Shown: positions 38,989-51,570 of the stretch, one piece after another
Layout of the letters: each line of letters starts with the position of its first letter
Position numbering within the stretch: position 1 is the first letter of the stretch
Source: Carcharhinus longimanus
Lineage: Eukaryota
Reading direction: 5' to 3'
NCBI GenBank assembly: GCA_030264375.1
Contig: JASCQW010000162.1
Coordinates: 56,911,074-56,975,073 of the forward strand
DNA length: 64,000 nucleotides
The notes under the pieces: generated by a model
Told to the model about the DNA's origin: nothing
Seen by the model: the letters and a program-made list of their open reading frames with translations, nothing else
The model's database searches: none
Translations under genes and position numbers: made by a program

Positions 38989-39101
38989 GGCTGGGATTTT
39001 CCAGTGCTGCTGAAAGTTACCGAAGTTTTGGCTGGAATGCCAGATTTTGCATCCTCACTCGCAATGGGTCCTGCCACCAACAAGACTGAAGAATCTTGCC
39101 C
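38989..39101. mobile_element. MITE with AT target duplication
   Basis: AT|GGCTGGGATTTTCC ... GAAGAATCTTGCCC|AT. Confidence 0.7.
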
Positions 39102-39207
39102 ATTGTTTTTGCACTTCTCGGCAATTTATCGACATATTTGACTATTTATCTCCTTACTGATTGGGGTGGCTATATATTCACAGCAGTGTGACTGCCCCTT
39201 TTTTGTT

Positions 39208-39800
39208 CCTGATTTGATTTATTATTGTCACATGTACTGGGATACAATGAATAGTTTTGTTTCTTGTGCGCTATACAGACAAAACATGCCGTTCACTGAG
39301 TCCATAGGGAAGAAGGAAAGGATAGAGTGCAGAATATAATGTTAAGTTACAGATAAGGTGAAGAGAAAGATCAGCTTAGTGCATTAATTATTCTACACTA
39401 ATAAAAGACCAGAGGCACATTGGCACAGTGGTTAGCACTTCTGCCTCACAGCGCCAGGGACCCAGGTTCGATTCCCGGCTTGGGTCACTGTCAGTGTGGA
39501 GTTTACACAGTCTCCCATGTCTGCGTGGGTTTCCCCCAAGTGTTCTGGCTTCCACCCACTGTCCAAAGATGTGCAGGTTATGTGAATTGGCCATGCTAAA
39601 TTGCTCCTTAGTGTCAGGGGGACTAGCAGGGTAAACCCTTGGGGTTATGGGGATAGGGCCTGGATGAGATTGTGATCGGTACAGACTCGATGAACCAAAT
39701 GGCCTCCTTCTGCACTGTAGAATTCTAATTCTATATGTTAGGTCCACTCAAAAGTCTGATGGCAGCAGGGAAGAAGCTGTTCTTGAGTCAATTGGTACAT
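39208..39800 (-). mobile_element. Rex/Babar-like 3' end interrupted by HE1 SINE
   Basis: Homologous to 20423-20660; resumes after the SINE at GGTCCACTCAAAAGTCTGATGG. Confidence 0.8.
39412..39735 (+). mobile_element. Full-length HE1-type V-SINE
   Basis: A box TGGCACAGTGG, B box GGTTCGATTCC, V-domain core, GCACTGTAGAATTCTA tail. Confidence 0.92.
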
Positions 39801-41745
39801 GTTCCTCAATTCAAATCATATGGCTTAATGTGATGATCCTGCTAGCACACATTATCCCCCTCACAGTTGAGTGTCCCTTTAACCAAAGCTGTGACAATCC
39901 CCTTTCCTTTTTCATTCCTCTCTTATCCTGTTTGAAAACCCTGTAATCAGGGGTGAAGGGTTGCCAGTTCTGCTCTTCTTTAAGCTACTATTCAGTAATA
40001 GCTATGATAGTATATTTCCAAATGCATGTCTGTGCCCTGAGTTCATCCACTTTATTCACAAAATACCCTTCATTGAATTATTTTATATCCACGCAGTCAA
40101 GCATCATCCCCGCATTTTTCGATGATGGGAGATGCACAAATGTAATTGAAACCATCACTTCAGCTGGTTTAGTTCTTTAGTCTGAGCCAGATAACTTGAA
40201 CTACCGATTTAAAAAAGCTGAGAATATATTTCAGAAAAGAATTAATGAGTTAGCTCTGTCATAGAACCTGCTTTGCACAATATTTAAACATAGACAATGC
40301 TTGTGTAACAAGCCTGGATCTTCTGTAGGTCAGGAGGTCTCAAATGAATAGCTTTAAATGAATAGCCATTTCGACTATTAATGTATTAAACTCTGGCAAG
40401 AGCCAGCTTTAAAATCACTAATCACATATGCATAAATCATCAATTTTACTCAATGACCTGTCTCCATTCTGAGTTCGTTGTGCATTAAGACGGTTGACTA
40501 TATGCTGTGTGACCCAAAGTTTTTAACCCTTTTATGTCATGTTAAATGTTTGTAATGTATCCAAATGAATAAATAATGCAGACAAAAAGTGATCTGGTGA
40601 CAGTGGGGATGGAGATCCCAGCTTCTGGACAAAGGGATTATGGGGTCAATTAGAGACAGATTGGGGAAGGGCTGGTGTCCACCAGTCTAGAATAATCCTG
40701 TCATCTAATAGCCCAGAAGAAAGGCGGGCCCTACATTACGGAACACAGTTCCAATTGTATGGCGGCAGTGGCGAAGGGAGAAGGACCCAGACTCTGAGAG
40801 ATGGATGAGTCTTCAAATGTTGGGATGGTTCTGTTGTTGAGCAGCACTAAGATGGCAGAACTGAGAAGGAAGTCTTTAGATTTTGAAGCATGGAGGATCT
40901 GACAGGATCTGACAGCTTGCGGACTGCAGTGGGCCTGACACTATGGTGTTCCTGGAATTTGCCAGTTCAGAGGAACAGGACAATGAATCATTATTCCTTT
41001 TTCCTGTTCACAAATATCCACTATAATTGATGAGGGTGGAGATGACCATTCCAGTGTGACTCCACACCACATCTCCTTATCTTCCACATTTTTCTATTAT
41101 TCTCCTATACTTCGCTTGATGTAATTTATCCAACAGACAAATAGACAGATCATTCCAGGACGTGGTGAACCTGGTGGGATGATATTGGTATCGGCAGGTC
41201 AGAGAGGACAAAGGCAGAGTTGAGATTTATTAATGGCAGATTTGAAATAAATACTGCAGCAAATGGGTGAATAAGAACTGGTAATGGGGAGGGACTGATG
41301 GAGATAAAGGGATTTTATAGCCTCATTTATCCCGAAACTATAAAATCCCACCCGAGGTCAATGGACCTTTCTATGGTCCGACCCTTGCCTGCTCCAATTC
41401 TTGTGGCAAGCGGGACAATAAAATTCTGGCCAAAGGGTTTAGTGATATTTGAAGAACGAGGGAGGACAATGAAGGATCTCAATTGTCATGTTCTCTCGCC
41501 CCACCATCTGTGCACTCATCAGTGGCCACATCCCCAGTCCTCACCGGCAGTCCCCTTGATCTATCCACTTCTTCACCAAATTACTCAATCCTATTTACCC
41601 TCCTCCCAATTTGTTGAAACACTTTCAGTCCCATTTCCTCCACAGTGGGTGGAAAAACAAGCTGAAGAGCAGGCTTGAGTGAAACACATTACAGTGCCAC
41701 TAATGATGGTTGGACTGTAGTGTGAATGAAAGGTAAGTTTTTAAG

Positions 41746-42046
41746 TTAATCTATTAACATCACAAGTAGACTAACATTCACAGTGCAATGAAGTTCCTGT
41801 GAAAATCCCCTAGTTGCCACACTCCGACGCCTGATCGAGTACATAAGGGAAAATTTAGTATGGCCAATGCAACTAATTAGCACGTCTTTTGGACTGTGGG
41901 AGAAAACCGGAGGATCTGGAGGAAACCCACACAGACACGAGGAGAACATGCAGACTCCGCACAGACAGTGACCCAAGCCAGGAATCAAACCAGAGCTCCT
42001 GGCACTGTGAAGCAGCAGTGTTAACAACTGTGCCATCCTGCTGCCC
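41746..42046 (-). mobile_element. HE1-like SINE with alternative 3' tail
   Basis: Same head and same alternative tail as 2052-2334, reverse orientation. Confidence 0.85.
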
Positions 42047-42900
42047 AGTATGGATATTTTAGTTTATGGTATTAAAAAACAGGCAATTTGAGTGTTATAT
42101 TCATATTGATATTACTTAAACATTACTCTGCATCAGGTGAATATAACAAAACTAAGAAATAAGAATCAAAGTTGAATCAATATCACCCATTTCACTCAAG
42201 CAACTGACTCTAAATTACAACCCATATTTTTAATACTAGTCAGCGCACTTGTTGAGATGGCTAGTGTGCAATATAAAGTAAGGAAAACAGCTCAAGCTCA
42301 ATTCTCTTTCCAGTTGAATTAGACTGGAGATCTGCCTCCGCACCCTGACTGAGTTTTGGAGGGCAGTGGTAAACTACCACTGGCAAAAATTGCCAAGAAA
42401 GCTGCTGAGAATGAAAGATGAACATGCAATGAACCGTGGACCTGCTTTCAGGCACAGGATGCATCCCATACACCTGCAATTTCTCATACTACATGTTGAG
42501 CTTTATAGGTCAGTTATCAAATTTATTATCATTGAAAAAAATCCAATTATAGCACCACCTACTGGCATCACAGGGAATGATTAAAGCTAAATGTAAATGA
42601 TAAGGACATTTTCCCATGAGAATGCTTATAGGAATGTTTACATAGGACTTTTCATTGGGAAAACCAGATGGTTTTAAGAATTTTAATGGATGCTAGTATT
42701 TTTTAATGCTTATTGGAAGACTGACCACCTTGTGCTGTTGCACTGAAACCAATGTTTGCTTTTTTTGTGTAATTTTAAAATATTGATTTAAACTATTGAT
42801 TAATATTTCCCAATTTGTAATAAATGAGCATCAAAATATATCCCATAAAACATATTTTGTAGTTCTTTAGATAACTGTTAAAGTCCCTTCTGTTATATAT

Positions 42901-43378
42901 CGGTGGCACAGTGGTTAGCATTGCCGTCTCGCGGCACCAGGGAACTGGCTTCGATTCTGGTATCGGGTCATTGAGTGTGTAGAGTTTGCACATTCTCCCT
43001 ATGTCTGTGTGGGTTTCTTCCAGGGGCTCCAGTTTCTTCCCATACTCCAAAGATGTTCAGGTTAGGTTGATTGGTCATGGTAAATTGCCATTTAGTNNNN
43101 NNNNNNNNNNNNNNNNNNNNNNNNNNNNNNNNNNNNNNNNNNNNNNNNNNNNNNNNNNNNNNNNNNNNNNNNNNNNNNNNNNNNNNNNNNNNNNNNCCAT
43201 ACTCCAAAGATGTTCAGGTTAGGTTGATTGGTCATGGTAAATTGCCCTTTAGTGTCGGGGACTAGCAGGGTAAATAGGTGGCATTAAGGAGAGGGGGTCT
43301 GGGTGGGATTGTGGATGGTGAAGACTTGATGGGCCAAATGGCCTCCGTCTGCACTGTATGCTATGATTCTATGATTCT
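42901..43378 (+). mobile_element. HE1-type SINE spanning an artefactual gap
   Basis: GGTGGCACAGTGGTTAGC head; (ATGATTCT)n tail; sequence duplicated on both sides of the N run. Confidence 0.88.
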
Positions 43379-43574
43379 CATCTTGTACTCAGCTCCAGGA
43401 AATAATCCAGGCTCCACCTCATCTCCCCTCTATTCAGCTCCAACTGGTTAATTGCCATTTTCTAACCACTTTGTCACAACCTCTCCATTGTTCTGACTTG
43501 ATTCCTTTTTTGCATGTAACTATGGGTAGCCTAGCTTGGCCTAGTTTTATAGAAACCAACAGAGATGGAAAAAA

Positions 43575-43835
43575 TATCTTGCATTTTTACAGTGCATTCC
43601 ACCACCTTAGAACGTCCATTAAGCTCTTTTGAATTGCAGAAACTGTTGAAAGGTAGGCAATGCGGCAGCCAATTTATACACAGCAAGCTCCCAGAAACAG
43701 CACATAGTAATTGTCACATAGTCTATTTTGGCAATGTTGACTGAGGGACAAATTTTCGCTTGGTCACCAGTGATTACTCACCTGCCCTGCTCTGAAGTAT
43801 TGGCACTGGAATCTGTCACAGCCAACTGAGAGAAC
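43575..43835 (-). mobile_element. DeuSINE-like fragment
   Basis: GCGGCAGCCAATTTATACACAGCAAGCTCCCA..GTTGACTGAGGGACAAAT reverse homology. Confidence 0.65.
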
Positions 43836-43936
43836 AAAAAGGAAAAACAAAGCCCTTCAAATTGTGGAAACCTGAAATTAAACACGGAAAGTTCTGGAAA
43901 TACATGACAAATCAATCATCATTGATGAAATATCGA

Positions 43937-44133
43937 AGGCGGGATTTTCCAGACATTCCAGCCAGCGGGATTGTCCGATCACGTCAACTGTGAGCACCTG
44001 TAGGCAATGGAGGGTGTAAAGAGTAGGAAAATCCATTGACAACGGTGGGATCCCAACTGCCCGCCAATGGTGGGTCGCCTCCTCCGCTGCAAGACACGCT
44101 GAGAGGGGGGTGGCATGGCAGAAAATCCCACCC
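43937..44133. mobile_element. MITE (GG..CC family)
   Basis: AGGCGGGATTTTCC ... GAAAATCCCACCC. Confidence 0.7.
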
Positions 44134-45095
44134 TTACCATTGCATTGCTAGCATTCTCTGGCTGTTTCTTACAACACACTTTCATGCCTTTATAGAATCT
44201 CAGCAAACATTCTCTAACTCATTGCTCTCTAAATTTCTCACATGAACAAAGAGTTAGATTGTTGCTATCTGGTGTCATTCTCTCCCTCCTGCCACCCTGA
44301 ACCCCTGCATGATGTGTTTGTTGGGACAAATACTGCATTCCAGTCACACCCTTTCTGTTCCATCCAGTTTTCTTCATGTGGTTTTAAGAACCTGCTCCTG
44401 GCAGGCCTGTGTTCATCTTCACAGTGTTGACAGAGCTAAACAACTGCATTCGCTTGTTCAGTGGCATCTGCCAATGCTACAGAGACCATCCTGACAACAT
44501 TATTGATCACCTGTAATCCCTTACTTTCAGAAAGTTAAATAATCCAGCTGTAAAAGGTTGCTTCTCCAAGGATCACCTGTCAATCTGATGAACACAAACC
44601 TCAATATTATCGAGCCCAGGCTCCAGTAATGGAATATGTGATTCAAATTGTTGGACAGGTAGCAATTAATAGCTAAACTGTGCTCATAACAGAAGCGCAG
44701 TAGGAATCATTACTAAGAAGAACCTTGTTCTATAAAGCAATCACTGGTGTATTGAAGAGATCTGGATTTACATTTGCAAAGGAAATGATTGATAATTAGT
44801 CAAATATGAAGGACGCTCAGGTGCCAGAGCACATGATTATGTTAATGGACTAGTAATCCTGAAGCCCATGCAATAATGATTCGGAGACATGAGCCCAAAT
44901 CCCAATACGACAGAGCCGAATTTAAAATCAGTTAATTGAATTCTCTCACCAACAGGATAGAATCATCAGAGCTGGCAGCAAAGAAATATACCATTAGGAA
45001 AGAATGGCCCTGTGACTACTTTAATATTGTTTCTGAAATCCATGAAGTCACATGACAGCATGGGACCAGGAAACTTCCAGTTAACCATCACTTAC

Positions 45096-45281
45096 CCAGT
45101 TCACTCAGCTGATGAATCAGTCTTTCCTGTTGAACATCCCTTGAAAGAGAGCCCTGAGAGTAACAAGGACACAGCATGTACTCTGGGTCACAGACTTGGA
45201 CATCCATTACAAGAGTTGCTTGGTAGTAGCACTGCTGACGGAGCTGGCCAAGTCCTAAAGGCCGTGTCTGAAAGATTGAAC
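45096..45281 (-). other. Candidate 186-bp symmetric (phase 1-1) exon: SIFQTRPLGLGQLRQQCYYQATLVMDVQVCDPEYMLCPCYSQGSLSRDVQQERLIHQLSEL
   Basis: Strong acceptor (TTTTTTCTTTGTATTGTTTCTCTCACTACCTGCCGCAG, CTCAC branch-like) and consensus donor TGG|GTAAGT; one open frame; length divisible by 3; protein not recognised. Confidence 0.45.
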
Positions 45282-45397
45282 CTGCGGCAGGTAGTGAGAG
45301 AAACAATACAAAGAAAAAACCCACTTAAGTTTGTCTTCGCCAATCTACATTTCGCAGATGCATTTGTCCATGACTGTATTGGTAGGAGTGAAATCCA

Positions 45398-45590
45398 TGG
45401 AGATTCTCTGGCCTCCCGTCAATGGGAGGTGGCGTGTTGTTTGCCAGCGGTGGGATTCTCAGGTCCCGCCGCTGTGAATGGCAATTCCCACTGATGTCAC
45501 CCTATGGAGGCAGGAAATCCACGGGCAGGGGTGCGCTGCTGGCAGGACCGGAGAATTCCGCCAGCGTAAATGGCCGGAGTTTTCTGGTCC
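45398..45590. mobile_element. MITE (GG..CC family)
   Basis: GGAGATTCTCTGG ... CCGGAGTTTTCTGGTCC with internal GGGATTCTC/GAGAATTCC subrepeats. Confidence 0.65.
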
Positions 45591-45919
45591 ACGTAGTTCT
45601 CGAGGAAACAAAATTTGTCTTCAGACTGAGGACACCATCTGTCATGTTGCTAAATGTGATGGGCGCAGAACAATTTTAGCTGCTGAAAATTGGGTATCCG
45701 TAAGATGTTGTGGGCCATCAGCAGAAGAATTGTATTCCATCAAAATATGTCACCTCAGAGTCTACCATATACAGCAAACAAGGAAACCAATCCTAGTTTG
45801 ATGAGGAGGGTAAGAGAGAATACTAGGAACAGCACGAGTCATATCTGAAAGTGAGGTGCTAACGTGGTGAAGCCACATCACAGGAGTGCATACATGCTAA
45901 ACAGTGGAAACAGCATTGA

Positions 45920-46195
45920 AGCAAATTACCGGAGATGCTGGAATCTGAAACAAAAACAGAAAATGTGGGAAAATCTNNNNNNNNNNNNNNNNNNNNNNNN
46001 NNNNNNNNNNNNNNNNNNNNNNNNNNNNNNNNNNNNNNNNNNNNNNNNNNNNNNNNNNNNNNNNNNNNNNNNNNNNCGGAGATGCTGGAATCTGAAACAA
46101 AAACAGAAAATGTGGGAAAATCTCGGGAGGTCTGACAGCAACTGTGCAGACAGAACAAAACTAACTTTTTAAGTCTGGATGCCCCTCCATCAGGA
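45920..46195 (-). mobile_element. Penelope-like terminal repeat with decayed hammerhead
   Basis: Homologous to 37411-37560; reverse CTGATGG-AGGGGCATCCAGACTT-AAAA. Confidence 0.6.
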
Positions 46196-46703
46196 CAATG
46201 GCAGCAGCACACAGTGGTTAAGGTTAAGGGTCTGACAACCAGCAGATCAGACCAAACTCTGCCACAACCAGCCATGAATCATGGTGAACAATTAATCGGA
46301 AGAGGTTCCATGAACATCCCACTCCTCTATGCTGGTAGAGCCCAGCATGAGTGTGGAACGCAAGGCTGAAATTTACAAACATCTTCAGCCGGAGGTGCCA
46401 AGTAGATGATCCATTTCAATCTCATATCAAAGCCAATCTTCTGCCATTTCAATTCACTCCAAGCAACCCTGGAGGCTAACTCTCCCCCTTGTCCCAAATG
46501 CATCATCCTCTCCCAAGGCCCACTCTCTTACAAGCCCCTGTCCACCCCCCCCTTTCTTGCCATCTGAGGCCTGACTCCTCCAGCCCTCCACTAGATGTAA
46601 CACTACCCAGAGACTGTATCACCTCCACTGAGCCCTGAACCCTGCCCACCCCTTCCCTCATCATCTAGGCTTCTTTTAGAAGAGTCTTTTAGATTCAAAA
46701 CAT

Positions 46704-46904
46704 CAGCCAGATTTTTCCAACCATTAACGGTGGCAGAATTCTCTGGTCCTGTTGGCAGCACAGTCTCTGCCATGGGTTTCCCAGTGGTGTGGGCTGGCTT
46801 NNNNNNNNNNACTCCCATTTATAGTGTAGGACTAGAGGATCCCACTGCCAACCAACAGAGCGCCACCGAAAAAAGCACTGAGAGGAGGCCAGAGAATCTT
46901 GTCC
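46704..46904. mobile_element. MITE with AT duplication, inserted in a Penelope-like 3' end
   Basis: AAAACAT|CAGCCAGATTTTT ... AGAATCTTGTCC|ATTAACTG. Confidence 0.7.
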
Positions 46905-47029
46905 ATTAACTGTTACCCTCTCCATTGATTTTGCTAGACCTGTTGAGTTTTTCCAGCATTTCCTCTTATTTATTTACACAGTTAATTGCTTTTTCTTTAA
47001 GACTGTTCCTATCTTTACTTTCTTAGCTA

Positions 47030-47830
47030 ACCACAGATGGTAGGTCATCTTGGAATTGTTTTTTGTTGGAATGTGTATTCTGGGAAATTCCTTAAAATGC
47101 CTGCCACTGCATCTCTAGTGACCTTAAACTAATATGTCAGTTCGCTTTAGCGAGATCTGCTGTCATGCCCTCATAACTGCCCCAATTTAAGTTTGAAATA
47201 CTAGTCTTGGATCCACTCTTCTCTCCCTCAAAATGAATGTAAAATTCAATCATATTATCACCATTACTGTCTAGGGACACCTTCACAATGAGGCTGCACA
47301 ATCCCAGGTCTAGTATAGTCTGCTCTCTAGTTGGCAGCAGAAAGTGGTGTTCTTCCTAGAAATTATGCCAAAAACGTTCTATGAACTCTTTATTTGGGCC
47401 ACCTTTGCCCTCTGTGATTATCATTGTGTCTTTCTGACAACATCTCATTTGCCTCTTTTTATTCTGTCCTACTATGTAGCTACTGTTACATGGCCTGTAC
47501 ACCATTCGCACGAGTAACTTCTTGCCTTGATCATTTCTCATCTCTACCCAAACTGCTTTTACATCCTGGCTTCCTGAACTTAGGTCATCCCTTTCTATAG
47601 TGCTAACACCATCATTAATTAACAGATCCACCCTTTTATTTATTCTTAACTTCTCCTCCTTCCTAAATGTCACATATTCAGATCCCAATCTATGTCATCC
47701 TACAGTCATGTCTCTGTAATGTCTATCAGATGGTATTTATTCACTTCTATTTACACTTTCATTTGTTTTGTTTTGAATGCAATGTGCATTCAGATACAAA
47801 ACCTTCAGTTTTGTCCTTTTATTATTTTTG
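47030..47830 (-). mobile_element. CR1 ORF2 endonuclease-domain remnant
   Basis: LKVLYLNAHCIQNKTNE; VKAVWVEMRNDQGKKLLVRMVYRPCNSS. Confidence 0.85.
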
Positions 47831-50039
47831 TAACTATCTTTATCTGCTGACTTACTTTTGTATTTGTATTCTCTATCCTTTCCTATCATGTTCTGATTAT
47901 CATTTCCCGTATTAATGCTTTTTACTTTTGTTTTGTTTCTAGTCTTTGATTTACTACATCTTCCCAAATTTGATCCTTTATCCCCACCAATTAGTGCAAA
48001 ACTCTCTCTACTTCCCTAATTACGTGGCTAGCACTGACGGCCCACACCAGTCCCAGCACAGTTCAATTGTCAACGATCTAAATGGTAGAAATCCCACTTT
48101 CCCTCGTCCTGTGCCAATGCTCCACAAACCAGATTATTACCTTTGAGGTTTGGTTTCTTAATTTGGTGTGTAACTCCTCATATTGCCATCCTTCCTCATT
48201 GACTATGTTTTTGGTACTCACATGGAACCATGGCAACTGAACCCTCCCCTCCCACTCCAGGTTCTTCTCCAGTGCTGAGCAAATGCCCCAAACCCTGGCA
48301 CTGTGCTGACACCACAGCCTTCTGGACTCTAGCTCTTTGCTCAGAGAACAATATCATTATGTTCCTTTTTGCTCTTTCCAGTTGAATGGCTCCCTGTAGC
48401 ACAGTGCCATGATTGCTTAGCTCATTACAATACTTTTCCAATTGTCAAAGTGTCTCAGTGATTTACTCTTTCACAATGACTATGTACCTATGAAGGTTGA
48501 TACTATATCTGTAGATGACAATGCCATGGAGGAGCACATATGCGGGGAAGAGGAGGGGCCAAGGATTGATACTTGGGGCAACTGAGAGCTAATTGTGTGG
48601 GGCAGCAAGAGAAGCCACTTCTAGAAATACTCTGACTATATTAGCATGGGTTAGAGTGGAGCCAAGTGAAGGTGGGCTCACTGAGTTGAGACAGAGGAGA
48701 CAACCGTATGACTGCAAACTCTGCAGGAAAACTGAAAAGGACAAGAAGGAAAATGTACTATTGTCATGGTTACAGAGGACATTATCTGTGACTTTGATTT
48801 GGGTTGTTTTGATGTTATGACAAGAATTTTCTAACAGGCAATGATGGGAAATGTGGGTATGGTTTTGGAAAGCAGCAACAATTTGGGGGGCTTGGAGAGG
48901 AAAGTAAGGTTGGAGATGTAGTAAGGGATGTGAGGATGAGTACTTTCAGGACAGGGTTGCTGTTTGGAAAGGGAGGGAAAAATTTATAATATCAATGAGC
49001 ATGGGCACAAGGAAGGGAAATTCAATGACCAAGATATACCCTAGCACTGGTGGCATCTCAAATACTGATGCATTTTTGACAGCTAGTCAAGTTAAAACAT
49101 GGGAGGACAGTAAAAATCAAAGGCTCGGGCCCTTGCTTACACAGTGATTGTCAGCACCAGATAAATTTAGAAATAAATTACTGTTACAATGCCAAGTGTT
49201 GAGGGGCAAACTGCAATGTAACAAGTGCCACAAGTGATTTTCTCCATTACTCCTTCCCCACCAAAGATTAGTGGCTCAACAGCTGCAGAAATATGACCAC
49301 AAACTCAAAGAAAATTAAATGGGCATTTCCTGAACCACCAGGCCATGTGTTTGACCAAGACAAGCAAGCATAAAACCATCTCAGCCATCAAACTGAGGCT
49401 CCCACATAAATTTCCAAATTTAACGGTAAGCGAGTTATTAAATGTAATTTTTTAAAAAGCCCCAAATTCCTATTAGATCAAGGAACAATTCAGAACAGTT
49501 CATTTATAATTGGATTATCTCATAATTTAACACACATCCGATAAATTCCCATTTCACTTACAAACAATAACATCTGAATTTCAATATGTCTTCAAAAAAA
49601 TCTAAAAGCTTGGCCATTCCATTGCAAAAAGGAAAGAGGGCAAAAAAAAGCCAACCTGTCAAGAGACAGAGGAAATTCTGTCAATATTAGACATGCTGAC
49701 CTGTTTTTGAAACAAATATTGGCAGATCAGTGTTAAATCAGGAAACGGCTGAACATTGGAATGCAATTCCAACCACAAGAGGGCCGAGCTGCAGAAAACA
49801 CACTGGGGTTTTATGGCTTCACTCAACGCGAGACGGGAAAATTCCGCCTGAGGTCAATGGACCTCCCACTGTCCGCCCATCGCCCACTCCAATTCCCATG
49901 GCGGGCTGGGTGGTAGAATTCCCATGCCTTTGTGAGAGCCCAAAACATCTTTGCCAACCCTAAGGTATGGTTAAGGATCCATCAAAGAAAATTAAAGTGT
50001 ATAGGACTTTTCCAACTGCAAACAGAAAGGAAGCAAAAG

Positions 50040-50660
50040 AAAAACTGGCATTTACTTAATGCTTCTCAGAACATCACAGAATAATGTAGAGTCAGTGAAG
50101 AACTTCTAAAACTATGGTTGGGATTTTCCGGCCCTTCCCATCTACTGAATTTTCCGTCCCTGTCGAAGAAGACGCTCCATGGTGGGTTACCCGGCAGCAC
50201 GTGGGCAAGTCATATAAAACACTGTAGGGCTCAGTGGGAACAGAAGATCCACCCAGCAGCCAATGGCAAACTGCCTTCCCCACCAGAAAACACACCACAG
50301 GGAGTGGAAAATCTCAGCCATGGTCACCTCTGTATACTGGAAACATGACAGCTACTTGTCCCACTAACAGCAATGAAGTAAATGATCAGATCGTATTTTT
50401 CCGTTGTTGATTGAATAAGAAATGTTGTTTAGGACACTGGGGGTAATTTCTCTATTCACTTTCAAATAGAACCATGGGATCCCTTCTTTCAGTCCAAAAG
50501 AGTATTTTCATGTCTCATCTGAAAAATGGGATTCCCAACAATGCGACATGTCCTTGGTACTGTGCAGGAGTGTCAGTCTTGACTATGTGCTCAGGTCTCG
50601 AGTGGGGCTTAAAGCCATAAAGTTCAAAGACAAGTATGCTACCATCAAGCCAAAATACTC
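50040..50660 (-). mobile_element. DeuSINE-like copy interrupted by a MITE
   Basis: GTTGATTGAATAAGAAATGTTG..GGACACTGGGG..CCATGGGATC reverse Deu-like block; tRNA-like head near 50600-50655. Confidence 0.65.
50116..50319. mobile_element. MITE with AT target duplication
   Basis: AT|GGTTGGGATTTTCC ... GGAAAATCTCAGCC|AT. Confidence 0.75.
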
Positions 50661-51305
50661 AAGAAATATAAAGAAATTTTAAAGCCAGGTATAGAAGCAA
50701 AAGCTGCAAAATTTGTGATAGTGATATCTTACTAATCTATTGACATGTCAAACAATGCACGCTCACTTAAGAGATTCAGACCCAATAAAATCCCCCTAAC
50801 ATTTATAAGTGCAATGAATTGGCTGTTGCTCAACTTGTACCCGAAACATTTGCTACAGTGTGAAACAAAGTGAAAAAAAAGACTATTTGACCGTATTGTA
50901 CCCCAATGAAAACTGGGGGAGAAAGAAAACCAAACTGTTGTTAATTTGGAACCTGATAGTACGATTGTGTTGGGATAATCCTCAATTTGACTCATAACAT
51001 GGCTGGTATAGAAACAAGAAAGCTCGGAAGACTAATGTCATCTTTAGAGACTTCCTGCAGAGTTGTAACTAAAGGATGCTATTGTTCAATTATTGATTTG
51101 CTGTATTGCTGACAGAAAAAAAAAAGTGGGGTTACTGGGATGGGATCTGGGTGGGATTGTTGTCGGTGCAGGCTCGATGGACTGAATGGCCCCCTTCTGC
51201 ACTGTAGGGATTCTATGAAACGCCTGGTCAACACATAATTTTATAACCAGACAAGAAACTGAAATGTACTCAACTTCAACTTTCTCAACACAAGTCAAAT
51301 AGCTA

Positions 51306-51570
51306 TGTAATAAGTCAAGGGCAACTCGGTGGCTCAAAGTAACAATGATTTATTGTCAATGATAAATAAGCATTTATAACAACAGGCCAGACAGAATCAA
51401 CTGTATGACAATACAACTCTCCTTCCTGGCTTCAATTGCAGGATCTCCTCAACCCAGGAAACGTGCCCTTGCTCCCAATTGGCTCAGCTTCCCACCTTGA
51501 CAGACGATAGGATCCAGCCCAATCACTTGGGCCTCAGGGAACATCCCCTTAAAGGAGCCACACTACCACA
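51306..51570. mobile_element. Short solo LTR-like element
   Basis: TGTAATA start, TACCACA end, core AATTGGCTCAGCTTCC shared with about 29838 and 60228. Confidence 0.6.

Noticed and set aside
39412-39490. tRNA gene
   Set aside because: A and B boxes belong to the SINE head and run directly into the SINE body
43020-43255. Apparent tandem duplications across 100-N gaps (also 45929-46123 and 29698-29817)
   Set aside because: Identical sequence either side of fixed-size gaps indicates overlapping contig ends, an assembly artefact
45012-45494. 160-aa plus ORF
   Set aside because: Extends into a MITE; splice signals are much stronger on the minus strand
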